Below, one piece after another: positions 29,167 through 40,326 of a DNA stretch of 64,000 bases. Position 1 is the stretch's first letter, and the number at the start of each line of letters is the position of its first letter. Location of the stretch: contig OY970309.1 in assembly GCA_963716395.1 (NCBI GenBank), positions 2,816,001 to 2,880,000 of the forward strand. Reading direction: 5' to 3'. The notes below the pieces were generated by a model. It had not been told where the DNA came from, searched no databases, and was given only the letters and a program-made list of their open reading frames with translations. Both the position numbers and the translations under genes were made by a program. This DNA comes from an uncultured Fibrobacteria bacterium. Lineage in GTDB: Bacteria; Fibrobacterota; Fibrobacteria; UBA11236.

Positions 29167-31182
29167 ATGTCTTTCCGCCTCATCGCCCCTTATCAACCCG
29201 CCGGGGATCAGCCCGGCGCCATCGCACGTTTGACGCACGATTTTGAATCCGGCGCGCGCTGTCAGACTTTGCTCGGCGTCACGGGATCGGGGAAAACCTT
29301 CACCATGGCCAATGTGATCGAAAAGCTGGGCAAGCCGGCTTTGGTCATTTCGCACAACAAAACCCTGGCCGCGCAACTCTATCAAGAGTTCCGGGCTTTC
29401 TTCCCCCAGAATGCGGTCGAATACTTCGTGAGCTATTACGACTATTATCAGCCCGAAGCCTATTTGCCGGTCAGCGACACCTTCATCGAAAAAGACTCCA
29501 CCCGTAACGACGAAATCGAGAAGCTGCGGCTGCGCGCCACCTCGTCGCTGATGTCGCGCCGCGACGTGGTGGTGGTGTCTTCGGTTTCCTGCATCTACGG
29601 ATTGGGATCGCCGGCCGAATACCGCAAGATGATGGTCGAGGTGAAGGTGGGCGAGGGGCAGGGGCGCGAGGCGCTGCTGCGCCGCCTGATCGACATGTAT
29701 TACAGCCGCAACGACTTCGAATTCAAGCGCGGCACCTTCCGCGTGCGCGGTGACGTGGTCGAGGTGCGGCCGGCCTACGACGATTTCGCCTATCGCATCG
29801 AATTCTTCGGCGACCAGGTCGAGCGTCTGCGCCGCGTGCAATTGCTCACCGGCCACGAAGAGGCCGATTTGCCCGAAGCCTGGATTTATCCGGCGCGGCA
29901 TTATGTCACCAGCGAAGAAGGCATGGAGCGGGTTTTGCGCGACATCCGCGCCGAACTTGAAGCGCAAACGCGCCGGTTTACGGACGAAGGCAAGTTGCTG
30001 GAAGCGCAGCGGTTGACTCAGCGCACCATGTTCGACATGGAGATGCTTAAAGAAGTGGGCTATTGCTCGGGCGTGGAAAACTACAGTCGCATCATCGAAA
30101 ACCGGCCCCTGGGCTCGCCGCCGTCGACCCTGATGGATTTTTTCGGCTCGGATTACCTGCTGATTCTCGACGAGTCGCATGTGACCGTGCCCCAACTGCG
30201 CGCCATGTACAACGGCGATCGCGCGCGCAAAGAAAACCTGGTGGCGTACGGGTTTCGACTGCCTTGCGCCCTCGACAACCGGCCATTGCAATTTCCCGAA
30301 TTCGAGTCCCGCATGCCGCAAACCCTGTTTGTCTCGGCCACACCGGCGGAGTACGAGTTGGAAAAATGCGGCGGGGTGGTGGTCGAGCAGGTGATTCGGC
30401 CCACGGGGCTGCTCGATCCCGAAGTGGAGGTGCGGCCCACCAAAGGTCAAATCGACGACTTGCTGCACGAAATCCACGGCCGGATCGAGAGCGCCGAACG
30501 CGTGCTCATCACCACGCTGACCAAGCGCAGCGCCGAAGACTTGACCGAGTTTCTGCAAAACGCCGGACTCAAGGTGCGCTACATGCATTCCGACACCGAC
30601 ACCCTGGCGCGCAGTGAAATCATTCGCGAATTACGCGAGGGCGTCATCGACGTCTTGGTGGGCATCAATCTGTTGCGCGAAGGGCTGGATTTGCCCGAAG
30701 TGTCCTTGGTGGCCGTGCTCGATGCCGACAAAGAGGGGTTTTTGCGCAGCCATCGGTCTCTGATTCAAACCATGGGGCGCGCGGCCCGCAATGTGCGGGG
30801 CAAGGTGGTGCTCTACGCCGACGTCGTCACCGACAGCATGCGCTATGCCATGGACGAGACGCGGAAGCGGCGGGAAAGGCAACAGGCTTTCAACCGTGAT
30901 CAGGGTATCGTTCCGAAAACCATAGTGCGCGAAATCCACACCCAATTGCAAATCACCGACGAAGAAGACTGGGCGCGCGATACACGCGGATTGCTGGTGG
31001 CCGAAGAAGCCCTGGATTCCACTCCCGAAAATCTGGAAAGACTGAAAGCGGAAATGCAGGCCGCGGCCGAAGCCCTGGAATTCGAACGCGCGGCCTTGTT
31101 GCGCGATCGGATTTCAGCGTTGGAGGGCCATCGCACCCAGAAGGCGCCGCTCAAAAGGAAAAAAGCCTCGCGGCGACGTTAG
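29167..31182 (+). CDS. uvrB: Excinuclease ABC subunit B
   Basis: [33 protein letters not shown]-terminal UVR domain. Confidence 0.98.
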   Translation: MSFRLIAPYQPAGDQPGAIARLTHDFESGARCQTLLGVTGSGKTFTMANVIEKLGKPALVISHNKTLAAQLYQEFRAFFPQNAVEYFVSYYDYYQPEAYLPVSDTFIEKDSTRNDEIEKLRLRATSSLMSRRDVVVVSSVSCIYGLGSPAEYRKMMVEVKVGEGQGREALLRRLIDMYYSRNDFEFKRGTFRVRGDVVEVRPAYDDFAYRIEFFGDQVERLRRVQLLTGHEEADLPEAWIYPARHYVTSEEGMERVLRDIRAELEAQTRRFTDEGKLLEAQRLTQRTMFDMEMLKEVGYCSGVENYSRIIENRPLGSPPSTLMDFFGSDYLLILDESHVTVPQLRAMYNGDRARKENLVAYGFRLPCALDNRPLQFPEFESRMPQTLFVSATPAEYELEKCGGVVVEQVIRPTGLLDPEVEVRPTKGQIDDLLHEIHGRIESAERVLITTLTKRSAEDLTEFLQNAGLKVRYMHSDTDTLARSEIIRELREGVIDVLVGINLLREGLDLPEVSLVAVLDADKEGFLRSHRSLIQTMGRAARNVRGKVVLYADVVTDSMRYAMDETRKRRERQQAFNRDQGIVPKTIVREIHTQLQITDEEDWARDTRGLLVAEEALDSTPENLERLKAEMQAAAEALEFERAALLRDRISALEGHRTQKAPLKRKKASRRR

Positions 31183-31231
31183 CAGTCTGCTCGCAAACGA
31201 AGGCTCCCGCATCCGTTCGCGAAGGTGAGTT

Positions 31232-31912
31232 TTACTTGCTGAAGCGGGAGGCCTCATGTTTCGGGGCCATGGCCCGGCGTATGCGGCTGGGACGTATACG
31301 AGGATGGCGCTTTGCGACCGCCGGTGCTTCCGACGCCAACACCGCAATATTGACGATTACACCATCGCTGGTGCAAGCGCCGGTGGCGGTGACCTTGTAA
31401 TCCATGGCCGCTGCGGCGGCGGTCGGTGTACCGGAAATGGCGCAACTCGTTTTATCCAGGGTCAGGCCGGACGGCAGCGCGGGTGTGACGGCGCAATCGG
31501 TAAAAGTCGCGCCCGCCGTGGTGGGGAAGGTGGAGACCGCCGTGTCTTGGTGGTAGACAAGCGGGGACGCGAAGGAAATTTTACCGCCCACCGCCAAACT
31601 GAGTGAAGCCGTTGCCAGGGATTTGCCGTCGCTGCCCAGAGCGGAAACGGAGTAATTCGTGGCCGGCGCGGCCGCAGTCGGAGTGCCGGAAATGGAACCG
31701 TCGGTCGGGTTCAGAGCCAAGCCGGCCGGCAGGGAAGGGCTCACCGCATAACTCGCCACGGTTCCGGTCACCATGGGCTTATCGGGAGCAATCGCCGCTC
31801 CGGCGCAATAGGTGGCCGGATTCTGGGGATAGGAAATTTGCACGGGGGTTTTATTGCATGCTGTCAGGGCGGCCAGTGCAGCGGCCGCCAAAGATACCGA
31901 AAGACGCTTCAT
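31232..31912 (-). CDS. Lipoprotein with two putative Ig (He_PIG-type) domains
   Basis: Lipobox LTAC; two repeats SPSLPAGLALNPTDGSISGTPT / TPALPSGLTLDKTSCAISGTPT. Confidence 0.82.
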   Translation of the reverse strand: MKRLSVSLAAAALAALTACNKTPVQISYPQNPATYCAGAAIAPDKPMVTGTVASYAVSPSLPAGLALNPTDGSISGTPTAAAPATNYSVSALGSDGKSLATASLSLAVGGKISFASPLVYHQDTAVSTFPTTAGATFTDCAVTPALPSGLTLDKTSCAISGTPTAAAAAMDYKVTATGACTSDGVIVNIAVLASEAPAVAKRHPRIRPSRIRRAMAPKHEASRFSK

Positions 31913-32041
31913 GATCCATCCTTCCGTTTGCCAATTTTGGGGAGCGATTGAGATAATAAATGCCCACTTCATTTGTCAAAAACTGCTTGATCCGGTGAAA
32001 GATAAAACCTTATATTCACTGCGTCCTAATTCGGGGGGCTT

Positions 32042-32893
32042 ATGTTCAAGAAGGCAATGAAAGAGGGCTTTGGATTCACCTTCGGCGGGCTGGCCGTAAT
32101 CGCCTTGTTGGCGGGTTGTTTGACGAACAGTGGTAATTCGGTCACCGCCCCGTCCATTTCCGGGCAACCCGTAAACGACACCGTAGACATAGGGGGAACC
32201 GCAACTTTTTCCGTTGACGCATCCGGAGATTCCCTGACCTATGAATGGTTGAACGGTTCCACCATTCTGTCGGATACGAGCGGTATATCCGGTTCCTCAA
32301 CCAACACCTTGACCATTTCGAATGTGGCGGCCAGCGACGGCGGTGCGCAATTTTCCTGCATCGTCAAAAATTCCGCCGGATCCCAGACCAGCTATCCCGC
32401 CCTGTTGTTGGTCAATGTTCCGGTGACCACAAAATCCTTGACCGCCGGAGACCAAGGCAATGCGGATCATGGCTCATTTTTGGACATCGACAACATGACC
32501 GATTATTTGTCTTCGGAAGTGACGACTCTGGATAATTCCGCGGATATCGACTTGTTCTTCGGATATGGATCGAGCGGATCGGCTATCTACTCTCCCGACG
32601 TGGCGGCCGGTTCCAACGGTTTCCCGATTGCTCAAAGCACTTTGACCACGGCCAATATCACGCAAATCCGCTTGGCTGCGGGGGCCGATTTCAATTCCAT
32701 CACGAACAAGGCTCAGATCGACGCACTCTGGGCGGCTTCGGCTGCAAATGATGTCGGGGGAAAACTCGTCATCACCAACGGCACCACCTTTATGGCCGAA
32801 TCGAATTTGGGTTTGATCGTTCTTATCCAAGTTTCGAGCCTGACCCCGGGTCCCGGCGGAACGGTCGTTTTGACCGGAGTCTCCAAGTTTTAA
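32042..32893 (+). CDS. Lipoprotein with immunoglobulin-like domain
   Basis: Lipobox LAGC; APSISGQP..TATFSVDASG..YEW..TLTISNV..FSCIVKN Ig pattern. Confidence 0.8.
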   Translation: MFKKAMKEGFGFTFGGLAVIALLAGCLTNSGNSVTAPSISGQPVNDTVDIGGTATFSVDASGDSLTYEWLNGSTILSDTSGISGSSTNTLTISNVAASDGGAQFSCIVKNSAGSQTSYPALLLVNVPVTTKSLTAGDQGNADHGSFLDIDNMTDYLSSEVTTLDNSADIDLFFGYGSSGSAIYSPDVAAGSNGFPIAQSTLTTANITQIRLAAGADFNSITNKAQIDALWAASAANDVGGKLVITNGTTFMAESNLGLIVLIQVSSLTPGPGGTVVLTGVSKF

Positions 32894-32910
32894 TTTTCGG
32901 CGCCGGGAGC

Positions 32911-32944
32911 AAAAAAAGCCATCCCACCCGGGATGGCTTTTTTT
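32911..32944 (+). terminator. Intrinsic terminator
   Basis: A7-GCCATCCC-ACCC-GGGATGGC-T7 immediately after stop codon. Confidence 0.9.
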
Positions 32945-33106
32945 GCTGTCAATTGTATGGAAAGAAATCGCCGGAGTTAATTTTCCGGCACCGGGAAGGG
33001 TGGGAGCGAACGGCCCGCACCGCTTCGCCTTCCCGTGGATTTCTAGTGAATAAGCCTGCTGCTTTTTGCCCTCCGTTCCACACGGAACGACCTGCAAAGG
33101 GGAGAT

Positions 33107-35782
33107 ATGAAAACCTTTAAACGCATTCTGTTGGCCGCCATCGTCTTAATCCTGCTCCTCGGAATCGGGATTTACATGGCGGTGAAAATCGCCTTGCCGC
33201 CGAGCAAGATCCGCGAAGTGATCAGCACCAAAGGTTCGCAGGCCTTGGGTCGTCCCATTCAAGTCGGCGCTATCAATGTCGGATTGTTTCCCACCATCAA
33301 GCTTTCGGTGCATGACCTGAAGCTGGCCAATGCGCCGGGCTTTTCGCCGGACCCCATGGTGCAGGTGCGCGAGGTCGATCTCTCGCTCAATTTCCTGTCG
33401 CTGCTGCGCTTCGCGCCCGTCATTCAGCAGATCAAAATCGTGTCGCCCGAATTCCTGTACGAGGTCAATGCCGCGGGGGAAAACAACTTGGCCGGCTTGG
33501 GGGGATCCACCACCACCAACACGAGGGTGGAGGCTTCGGCGCCGGCTGCCGGCTCCCATGCTCCGTCGCCGCTTCCGGAAATACCCGCGGCCGTGGCCCT
33601 GAAATCCTTCGTGATCCAGGATGGCCGCGTGCGCTATCGCGACGCCCGATCCGGGCGCGAAATCACCTTGGGGCGGATCAATCAGGAAGTTTCCTTGCAA
33701 CTCGATCCCCGTTTGCAAGACGTGGTGAGTTCGGGAAAACTGGAGGTCACCCAGATCGCGGTGCGCGATTCGGCCTCGGGTCTGCGTCAGGGGAATTTGC
33801 GTATTGAGTTGAATCACGATATCCGTCTTGATCTTCCCGGCGAACGCCTGCAAATCAAAAAGTTGCAACTGGGGTTTCAGAATATTCACATGGAGATGGA
33901 CGGCTCCATTTCAAATTTCCGTACGACGCCCGTCGTCGATCTGCGCATCGAAGCGCCCGCCATTTCCCTGGCCTCGGTGTTGAAAGAGGTTCCCGCCGCC
34001 TTGTCACCGGAAATTCCCAAGTTCCGCGTCGCCGGCCAGGCGTCTTTCCAAGCCCGCATTCACGGTAAGCTCGACAGCGTCTCGCGGCCGAATGTCGACG
34101 CGGTGCTGCAGGTGCAGGACATGTCGCTGCATGATGCCGATTTGCCGCTGGGCATCGATCATTTGCAGTTGAATCTGACCTTGCGCCACGATTCGTTGGC
34201 CGTCAATCCGCTGACCTTCGCCATGGGGCCCAATCCGGTTCGGGTCGCGCTCTTGATCACCGATTTGCAAACCACGCCCCGGCTCCAGCATCTGACCACC
34301 GATGCCACCTTGGATTTGGGCGCGCTCGCGGCCTTGGCCCAGCGCCTGGGCTTGGCCGATTCCAAAATGGCCGTGAGCGGGATCGAAGCCCTGCATTTAC
34401 AAGCTTCGGGCCTGCTCGATCCCGCCAATCCGCAGAAACTGTCGGCAAATGGTACGGCCGAGTTGCGCGGCGTCACCCTGACCCTGCCCGGCAAACCCAC
34501 GCTGCATGCCGACGGCCGGGTGCAGATCACCAACACCGCCATCCATGAGCAGGTGGCGCTCAAGGTGGGAAAATCCGACCTGGCGGTGACGACCGAGGTC
34601 AGCAATTACCTCGCGCTGGCCCTGCCCAAGCTGGCCCATGGCGAGCGGGCCAAGGTGCGCGTGCAGGTGCATTCGGCGTTGATGGATCTCGATCCCTTCT
34701 TGCCGCCGCCAACGCTGGCGCCGGCGTCTGCGGCCGAGCCTTCGACGACTCCAGCCTTGAAAGCCTATCCACCTCTGCCGCCTGTGGATGCCGACGTCTC
34801 CGTCGACCTGGGGAAAACCCGTTTTCTGGGGCTGGAGATGACGCATTTCCAACTGCATACCACGGTCGGCGCCAAGTCGACGGCCACTACGATCAAAGGC
34901 GGGGTGGCGGGCGGATCATTCTCGGCAGCGGTCAACACGGCATGGCATAGCGCTGCCGACATGGGCGTGGCGTTCAAGCTCAAGGTGGCCAATGTCGAAG
35001 CCAACGATTTCATTTCGCATTTGGATAAAAGGGTGCCGATTCAAAACCGGCTGCTGCGCACCATGACCCAAAGCGACAGCGTGGTATTCGGCAAGCTCAA
35101 CCTCAATCTCGATCTGACCACCCACGGCTTGCCCCAGCATTTCGCCGACAATGCCGCGGGCACCGGCGTGTTTTCGCTGCTCAACGGCCGGCTGATGGAA
35201 ACGGGTTTCACCCGCGGATTTTCCGGCGCCTTGTCCCAGGTCAACTCCGCGCTGGGTTTTCATGAGTTGGCCTTCGGCAGCATGAAAGGCGATCTTCAGG
35301 TGCAAAACGGAAATCTGCTGGTGAAGAATTTCACCATGGAGTCGACGCCCGTGGGTTCGACCCAGGCCGTGGGCCAGATCGGATTCGACAACCGCCTGAA
35401 ACTGCAAATGACCCAGGCGCTGACGCCCGCCGCCTCCAAGGTCGTGGCCGGAGTTTCGGGAGTCTTATCGCATCAATTGGCCAAATTGGTACCCGGAGTG
35501 GGCAAGGTGTCTTTGGTTCCCACCGACAAGGCCGGTCATGCGCTGCTGTACTTCGCCGTGGGGGGCTTGCTCACCAACCCCAGCTTTTCGCTGGACGCCA
35601 AACGCATGGCGCAGGAAGGCTCCGGTTCCGCCAAATCTTCGCTGACCAATACCGCCAAAGCCAAGATCAAGTCGGCGGTGGAGAACAAAGTGCAGGAAGA
35701 AGTGAAGAAGCAGGTGGGCAATTCCGCCGAACAGGCGGCCAAGAAGCAAGGCCGTAAGGTGCTGAAAAACCTGGGGTTTTAA
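33107..35782 (+). CDS. AsmA-family envelope protein
   Basis: N-terminal TM anchor, ALGRPIQVGAINVGLFP AsmA N-terminus, long beta-taco-like body. Confidence 0.88.
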   Translation: MKTFKRILLAAIVLILLLGIGIYMAVKIALPPSKIREVISTKGSQALGRPIQVGAINVGLFPTIKLSVHDLKLANAPGFSPDPMVQVREVDLSLNFLSLLRFAPVIQQIKIVSPEFLYEVNAAGENNLAGLGGSTTTNTRVEASAPAAGSHAPSPLPEIPAAVALKSFVIQDGRVRYRDARSGREITLGRINQEVSLQLDPRLQDVVSSGKLEVTQIAVRDSASGLRQGNLRIELNHDIRLDLPGERLQIKKLQLGFQNIHMEMDGSISNFRTTPVVDLRIEAPAISLASVLKEVPAALSPEIPKFRVAGQASFQARIHGKLDSVSRPNVDAVLQVQDMSLHDADLPLGIDHLQLNLTLRHDSLAVNPLTFAMGPNPVRVALLITDLQTTPRLQHLTTDATLDLGALAALAQRLGLADSKMAVSGIEALHLQASGLLDPANPQKLSANGTAELRGVTLTLPGKPTLHADGRVQITNTAIHEQVALKVGKSDLAVTTEVSNYLALALPKLAHGERAKVRVQVHSALMDLDPFLPPPTLAPASAAEPSTTPALKAYPPLPPVDADVSVDLGKTRFLGLEMTHFQLHTTVGAKSTATTIKGGVAGGSFSAAVNTAWHSAADMGVAFKLKVANVEANDFISHLDKRVPIQNRLLRTMTQSDSVVFGKLNLNLDLTTHGLPQHFADNAAGTGVFSLLNGRLMETGFTRGFSGALSQVNSALGFHELAFGSMKGDLQVQNGNLLVKNFTMESTPVGSTQAVGQIGFDNRLKLQMTQALTPAASKVVAGVSGVLSHQLAKLVPGVGKVSLVPTDKAGHALLYFAVGGLLTNPSFSLDAKRMAQEGSGSAKSSLTNTAKAKIKSAVENKVQEEVKKQVGNSAEQAAKKQGRKVLKNLGF

Positions 35783-35783
35783 T

Positions 35784-36833
35784 TCAGGGGGCCGTGGTTC
35801 CGGCCGCGCCCGGATTCACGGCGCGGCGAAAGCCCGCGAACCAGGGATGGTATTCCAGAATCAAGGCCATGGCCACGGCCCAAACCGGCGCCCCCAAAAA
35901 CAGCATGCGCCCCACGTCGCCCGACAAGAGCACGTGCACGAGAATGACCAAGGCCATTCCCAGGCAGGCCGCATCCATGCGCGCGAGCCAGGCGCGACGG
36001 GCCGCGCGTCCGCCCAGCCATCCGGCCAGAATCACCGCGGTGAAGCCCCCCAGCACGGAGAGCTTTTCCCCCAGGCGATGCAAGCACAATCTTTGCAGCG
36101 AATATCCCAATCCGTTGAAGTGGGACAAGTCGCTATTCCAGCTTTCGGCGGCGGACTTGCCGAGATGATGGTCGATACCCCATCGCAGGGTTAGGGCCAA
36201 CAGCGCCGCACCGGCCACGGCCAGGGATTGGCGCCGCCATCCCAGCGGACCTAAAAACAAAATCGGCACCACGAACACAAAGGATTCTTTGGTCAGCGGT
36301 CCGAGCAAAGTGGCGGTCACAATCAGCGCCGCATGGCGCGTCCGCAGCCCGTACAACGTCATACACAGCACCAGCAAGTAAAGGCTGTCGGTCAGGGGCA
36401 AGGCGGCCATGTCATCGGCGAAGCGGCTGGAAAGCACCCCCACGGTCGCCACCGCCGCGCTCCAGGTTCCGCCGCCATAGGCCCGGCAGGCGGCAAAAAC
36501 GAAGGCCCCGGCCAAGCCGACCAGCACGGAATTCACCAGCAAAAAACCGAAGCGAAACGGCCATTCGCGGCCGCCGCGGAACTGCCAAAGCGAGTGGTAG
36601 AAAGGTGAAACGGCTTTCGCCACCGCCGCGGCCGCCCAGGGCACCAGCACCCGATAGCGGTGCACGGGGTTGACGTTGAGGTTACCCTCGGCCATGTCGA
36701 GATAGCTGCGCGCGTCGCTGGAATGGGTGAAGTGAAAATCGAGGTAGGCATTGTAGGCCGGGCCGAAGATCACGGCCCAGGAAAGAAAGGCGGTGACGGC
36801 GAAGGCTTTGACTCCGGGCGCGGATCGATCCAC
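35784..36833 (-). CDS. Polytopic membrane protein, possible GT-C fold glycosyltransferase
   Basis: Multiple TM helices; acidic SD motif in loop after first TM, YRVLVP and TKE motifs reminiscent of GT-C enzymes. Confidence 0.55.
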   Translation of the reverse strand: MDRSAPGVKAFAVTAFLSWAVIFGPAYNAYLDFHFTHSSDARSYLDMAEGNLNVNPVHRYRVLVPWAAAAVAKAVSPFYHSLWQFRGGREWPFRFGFLLVNSVLVGLAGAFVFAACRAYGGGTWSAAVATVGVLSSRFADDMAALPLTDSLYLLVLCMTLYGLRTRHAALIVTATLLGPLTKESFVFVVPILFLGPLGWRRQSLAVAGAALLALTLRWGIDHHLGKSAAESWNSDLSHFNGLGYSLQRLCLHRLGEKLSVLGGFTAVILAGWLGGRAARRAWLARMDAACLGMALVILVHVLLSGDVGRMLFLGAPVWAVAMALILEYHPWFAGFRRAVNPGAAGTTAP

Positions 36834-36902
36834 CCGGGAATTATGGCGCTTCTACCCGCCCGATGCATTCTTTTCGGCCCGCGCTTACGGTATAGTGGGG
36901 GA

Positions 36903-38039
36903 GTGGCCACGACCGCGCCGCGCGCTTTCTTCCCCGGTTTGAACGGCTTGCGCTGCATCGCCGCCCTAATGGTGGTGGTGCAGCACGCCGAACTCTATAA
37001 ATGGATTGTGGGGGCGCCCTCATTGTTCATGGCTCCGGGATTTCATCCCTGGCTGTTGCAAATGGGCGCCCAGGGCGTGGAGATTTTTTTCGTGTTGAGC
37101 GGATTTCTGGTCACCTACTTGTTGTTACACGAACAGGAAAGCCAGGGACGCATCCGCGTGCTGCGATTTTATCTGCGCCGCATGCTGCGCATCTGGCCCT
37201 TGTATTTCCTGATGGTGGCGCTGGGCTTTTTCGTGTTGCCGCATTTCGGATATCCGTCGGAATTGCACGTGAAACTCGCGCCTTATTTCGGGATCAAATT
37301 GCTGCTGATGGTTTGCTTTTTCCCCAACCTGGTGCTGTCGGTGTTCGGTGTCGTGTTTCCGGTTTTTCCACTGTGGAGTATCGGTACCGAAGAGCAGTTC
37401 TATCTGATCTGGCCGCATTTGCTGGCCTGGGCCCAAGGGCGTTGGCTGCGTTCGCTCTTCGTCTTCATGGCCATTTGCGTGGCCCTGAAGGCGGCGGCCG
37501 CCTGGGGGTTGACCCACTCCGCCGCCATGGGGCCGCGTTTGGTCTGGAAGTCGTTGTTTGACGCCCTGCGTTTCGACGCCATGGCCTGGGGCGGGGTGGC
37601 GGCCTGCCTGGTACAGCAACGGCGAACCGCGGTGCTGAAGATCGTGTACCGCCACGAGTCGCAGGCCGCGGCGCTGGCCTTGACCTTGGCGCTGTGGGGG
37701 TGGAATCCCGACTTGGGGGCCTGCAGCGATTTGGTGTATGGCGGGCTGTATGCAGTTCTAATTGTAAATATCGCCACGAATCCAAACACCTGGTTGCGGC
37801 CGGTGCACCGTCTGCTCGACGCCGGCGGCCGGATCTCGTACGGCATCTACGTCTACCATACGCCGCTCCTGTTCGCGCTGCTGTATCTGTTGAAGCCGAA
37901 GGCGCAGGCTTGGTACTTCCAGCCCGTGTTTTACCTCGCCGGATTCTCCGCCACCTTCGCGGTGGCCGCCCTGTCTTACCGGTATTTCGAAGCCCCGATC
38001 CTGGCGCTCAAGTCCCGCTTCGCGGCCGACGCGGATTGA
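36903..38039 (+). CDS. Acyltransferase family 3 (OafA/OatA-type membrane O-acyltransferase)
   Basis: LNGLRCIAALMV, FFVLSGFL, RRMLRIWPLY, WSIGTEEQFY, ISYGIYVYH, SYRYFEAP. Confidence 0.93.
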   Translation: MATTAPRAFFPGLNGLRCIAALMVVVQHAELYKWIVGAPSLFMAPGFHPWLLQMGAQGVEIFFVLSGFLVTYLLLHEQESQGRIRVLRFYLRRMLRIWPLYFLMVALGFFVLPHFGYPSELHVKLAPYFGIKLLLMVCFFPNLVLSVFGVVFPVFPLWSIGTEEQFYLIWPHLLAWAQGRWLRSLFVFMAICVALKAAAAWGLTHSAAMGPRLVWKSLFDALRFDAMAWGGVAACLVQQRRTAVLKIVYRHESQAAALALTLALWGWNPDLGACSDLVYGGLYAVLIVNIATNPNTWLRPVHRLLDAGGRISYGIYVYHTPLLFALLYLLKPKAQAWYFQPVFYLAGFSATFAVAALSYRYFEAPILALKSRFAADAD

Positions 38040-38127
38040 AGCGATCGCAAGCCTGACGGGGCCTGCAGCGGACCCTTGGAAGCCGTCCGCCGGCTGGGGG
38101 TTACGCCGTTATTGTACTTTTGTCGGC

Positions 38128-38889
38128 ATGAATCTCGACGCGTCGCAGCCGGGCCGTGACAGCGCGGAGACACCGCCCCATCGCGGCAGCGCGTTACCCC
38201 CCTCTCTCGGCGAACGTCTCGATCAGTTGTACCTCGACCAGAAGCAACTGGGAGAAATGCAGACCACGGAAATTCCCATTTCCCTGTTACTGGCTTTGGA
38301 CGGGGTTTCCCATCCTGAAAAGGCCCAGGATGCGGGCGGGAACAAAGAGGAACTCACGGCGCATTTGCGGCGCGTGGCCGCGTATGCGGAATTGCTGGCG
38401 CTGAAATACGGCCTGGATCCGGAAGAGGCGAAGCTGGTCAAACAGGTTTGCCCCATGCACGACATCGGGAAATGGATGATCCCTTCGCATATCCTGCAAA
38501 AGCCCAGCGCCTTGGACGCCGGCGAGTGGGACATCATGAAAACCCATGCGCTGGCCGGTTACGAAATCCTGAAAGACAGCAAGCTCGACGTGCTCAAGCT
38601 GGCCGCCATGGTGGCCATGCAGCATCAGGAAAAATTCGACGGTTCGGGGTATCCGTTGGGGTTGCGCGGTGAAGAAATACACCTCTACAGCCGTATCACC
38701 ACCGTGGTCGACGTCTTCGACGCCTTGGGCAGCGCCCGTGCTTACAAGCAACCCTGGTCCAATGACGAGGTGGTGGCGTATTTCCAACGGAACCGGGGTA
38801 CGCATTTCGACCCGGTATTGGTCGATGCGCTGCTGTTGCATCTCGACGACTTTCTCGCCGTGCGCAGCCAATTGACCGCAGCGGATTGA
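38128..38889 (+). CDS. HD-GYP domain phosphodiesterase
   Basis: HDIGK, HQEKFDGSGYP, DVFDAL, RAYK motifs. Confidence 0.92.
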   Translation: MNLDASQPGRDSAETPPHRGSALPPSLGERLDQLYLDQKQLGEMQTTEIPISLLLALDGVSHPEKAQDAGGNKEELTAHLRRVAAYAELLALKYGLDPEEAKLVKQVCPMHDIGKWMIPSHILQKPSALDAGEWDIMKTHALAGYEILKDSKLDVLKLAAMVAMQHQEKFDGSGYPLGLRGEEIHLYSRITTVVDVFDALGSARAYKQPWSNDEVVAYFQRNRGTHFDPVLVDALLLHLDDFLAVRSQLTAAD

Positions 38890-38965
38890 TCCGTTCCCGG
38901 CCCAAATTTGCGGCCGGGGCGATTTTCCTGGCTAAGAAGAAAAAGCCGGGATACACTAATCCGGA

Positions 38966-40078
<1,113 letters not shown>

Positions 40079-40131
40079 GCTTGAGCGGTCGGCGCGGGGA
40101 ACGATGCGCAGCGCCTGCACAAAATCCGCGG

Positions 40132-40218
40132 CGGAAGGGGTGGGATTTGAACCCACGTTACAGTTTCCCGTAAATCGGTTTTCGAGACCGACGCCTTAAA
40201 CCGCTCGGCCACCCTTCC
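40132..40218 (-). tRNA. tRNA-Ser (anticodon CGA), CCA not encoded
   Basis: GGAAGGG acceptor stem, TCGGT-CTCGAAA-ACCGA anticodon arm, long variable arm, GTTCAAATC T-loop, G discriminator. Confidence 0.96.
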
Positions 40219-40326
40219 GGAATCGCAGGGGAGAAATTTTAACAAAATCAAAATCCGCGGGGAGAAGGTTGTTATTGTCGCGCATGAATAATACTCTGGG
40301 TTCGACCTTGGATTGTGTTCCGCGTC

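Noticed and set aside
29014-30588. 524-aa antisense ORF over uvrB
   Set aside because: Typical antisense shadow of a conserved GC-rich gene
32992-33011. Resemblance of GGAAGGGTGGGA to the tRNA-Ser 3' end, suggesting an att site and island at 33.0-40.1 kb
   Set aside because: Match short and gapped, no integrase, and enclosed genes include ordinary envelope genes
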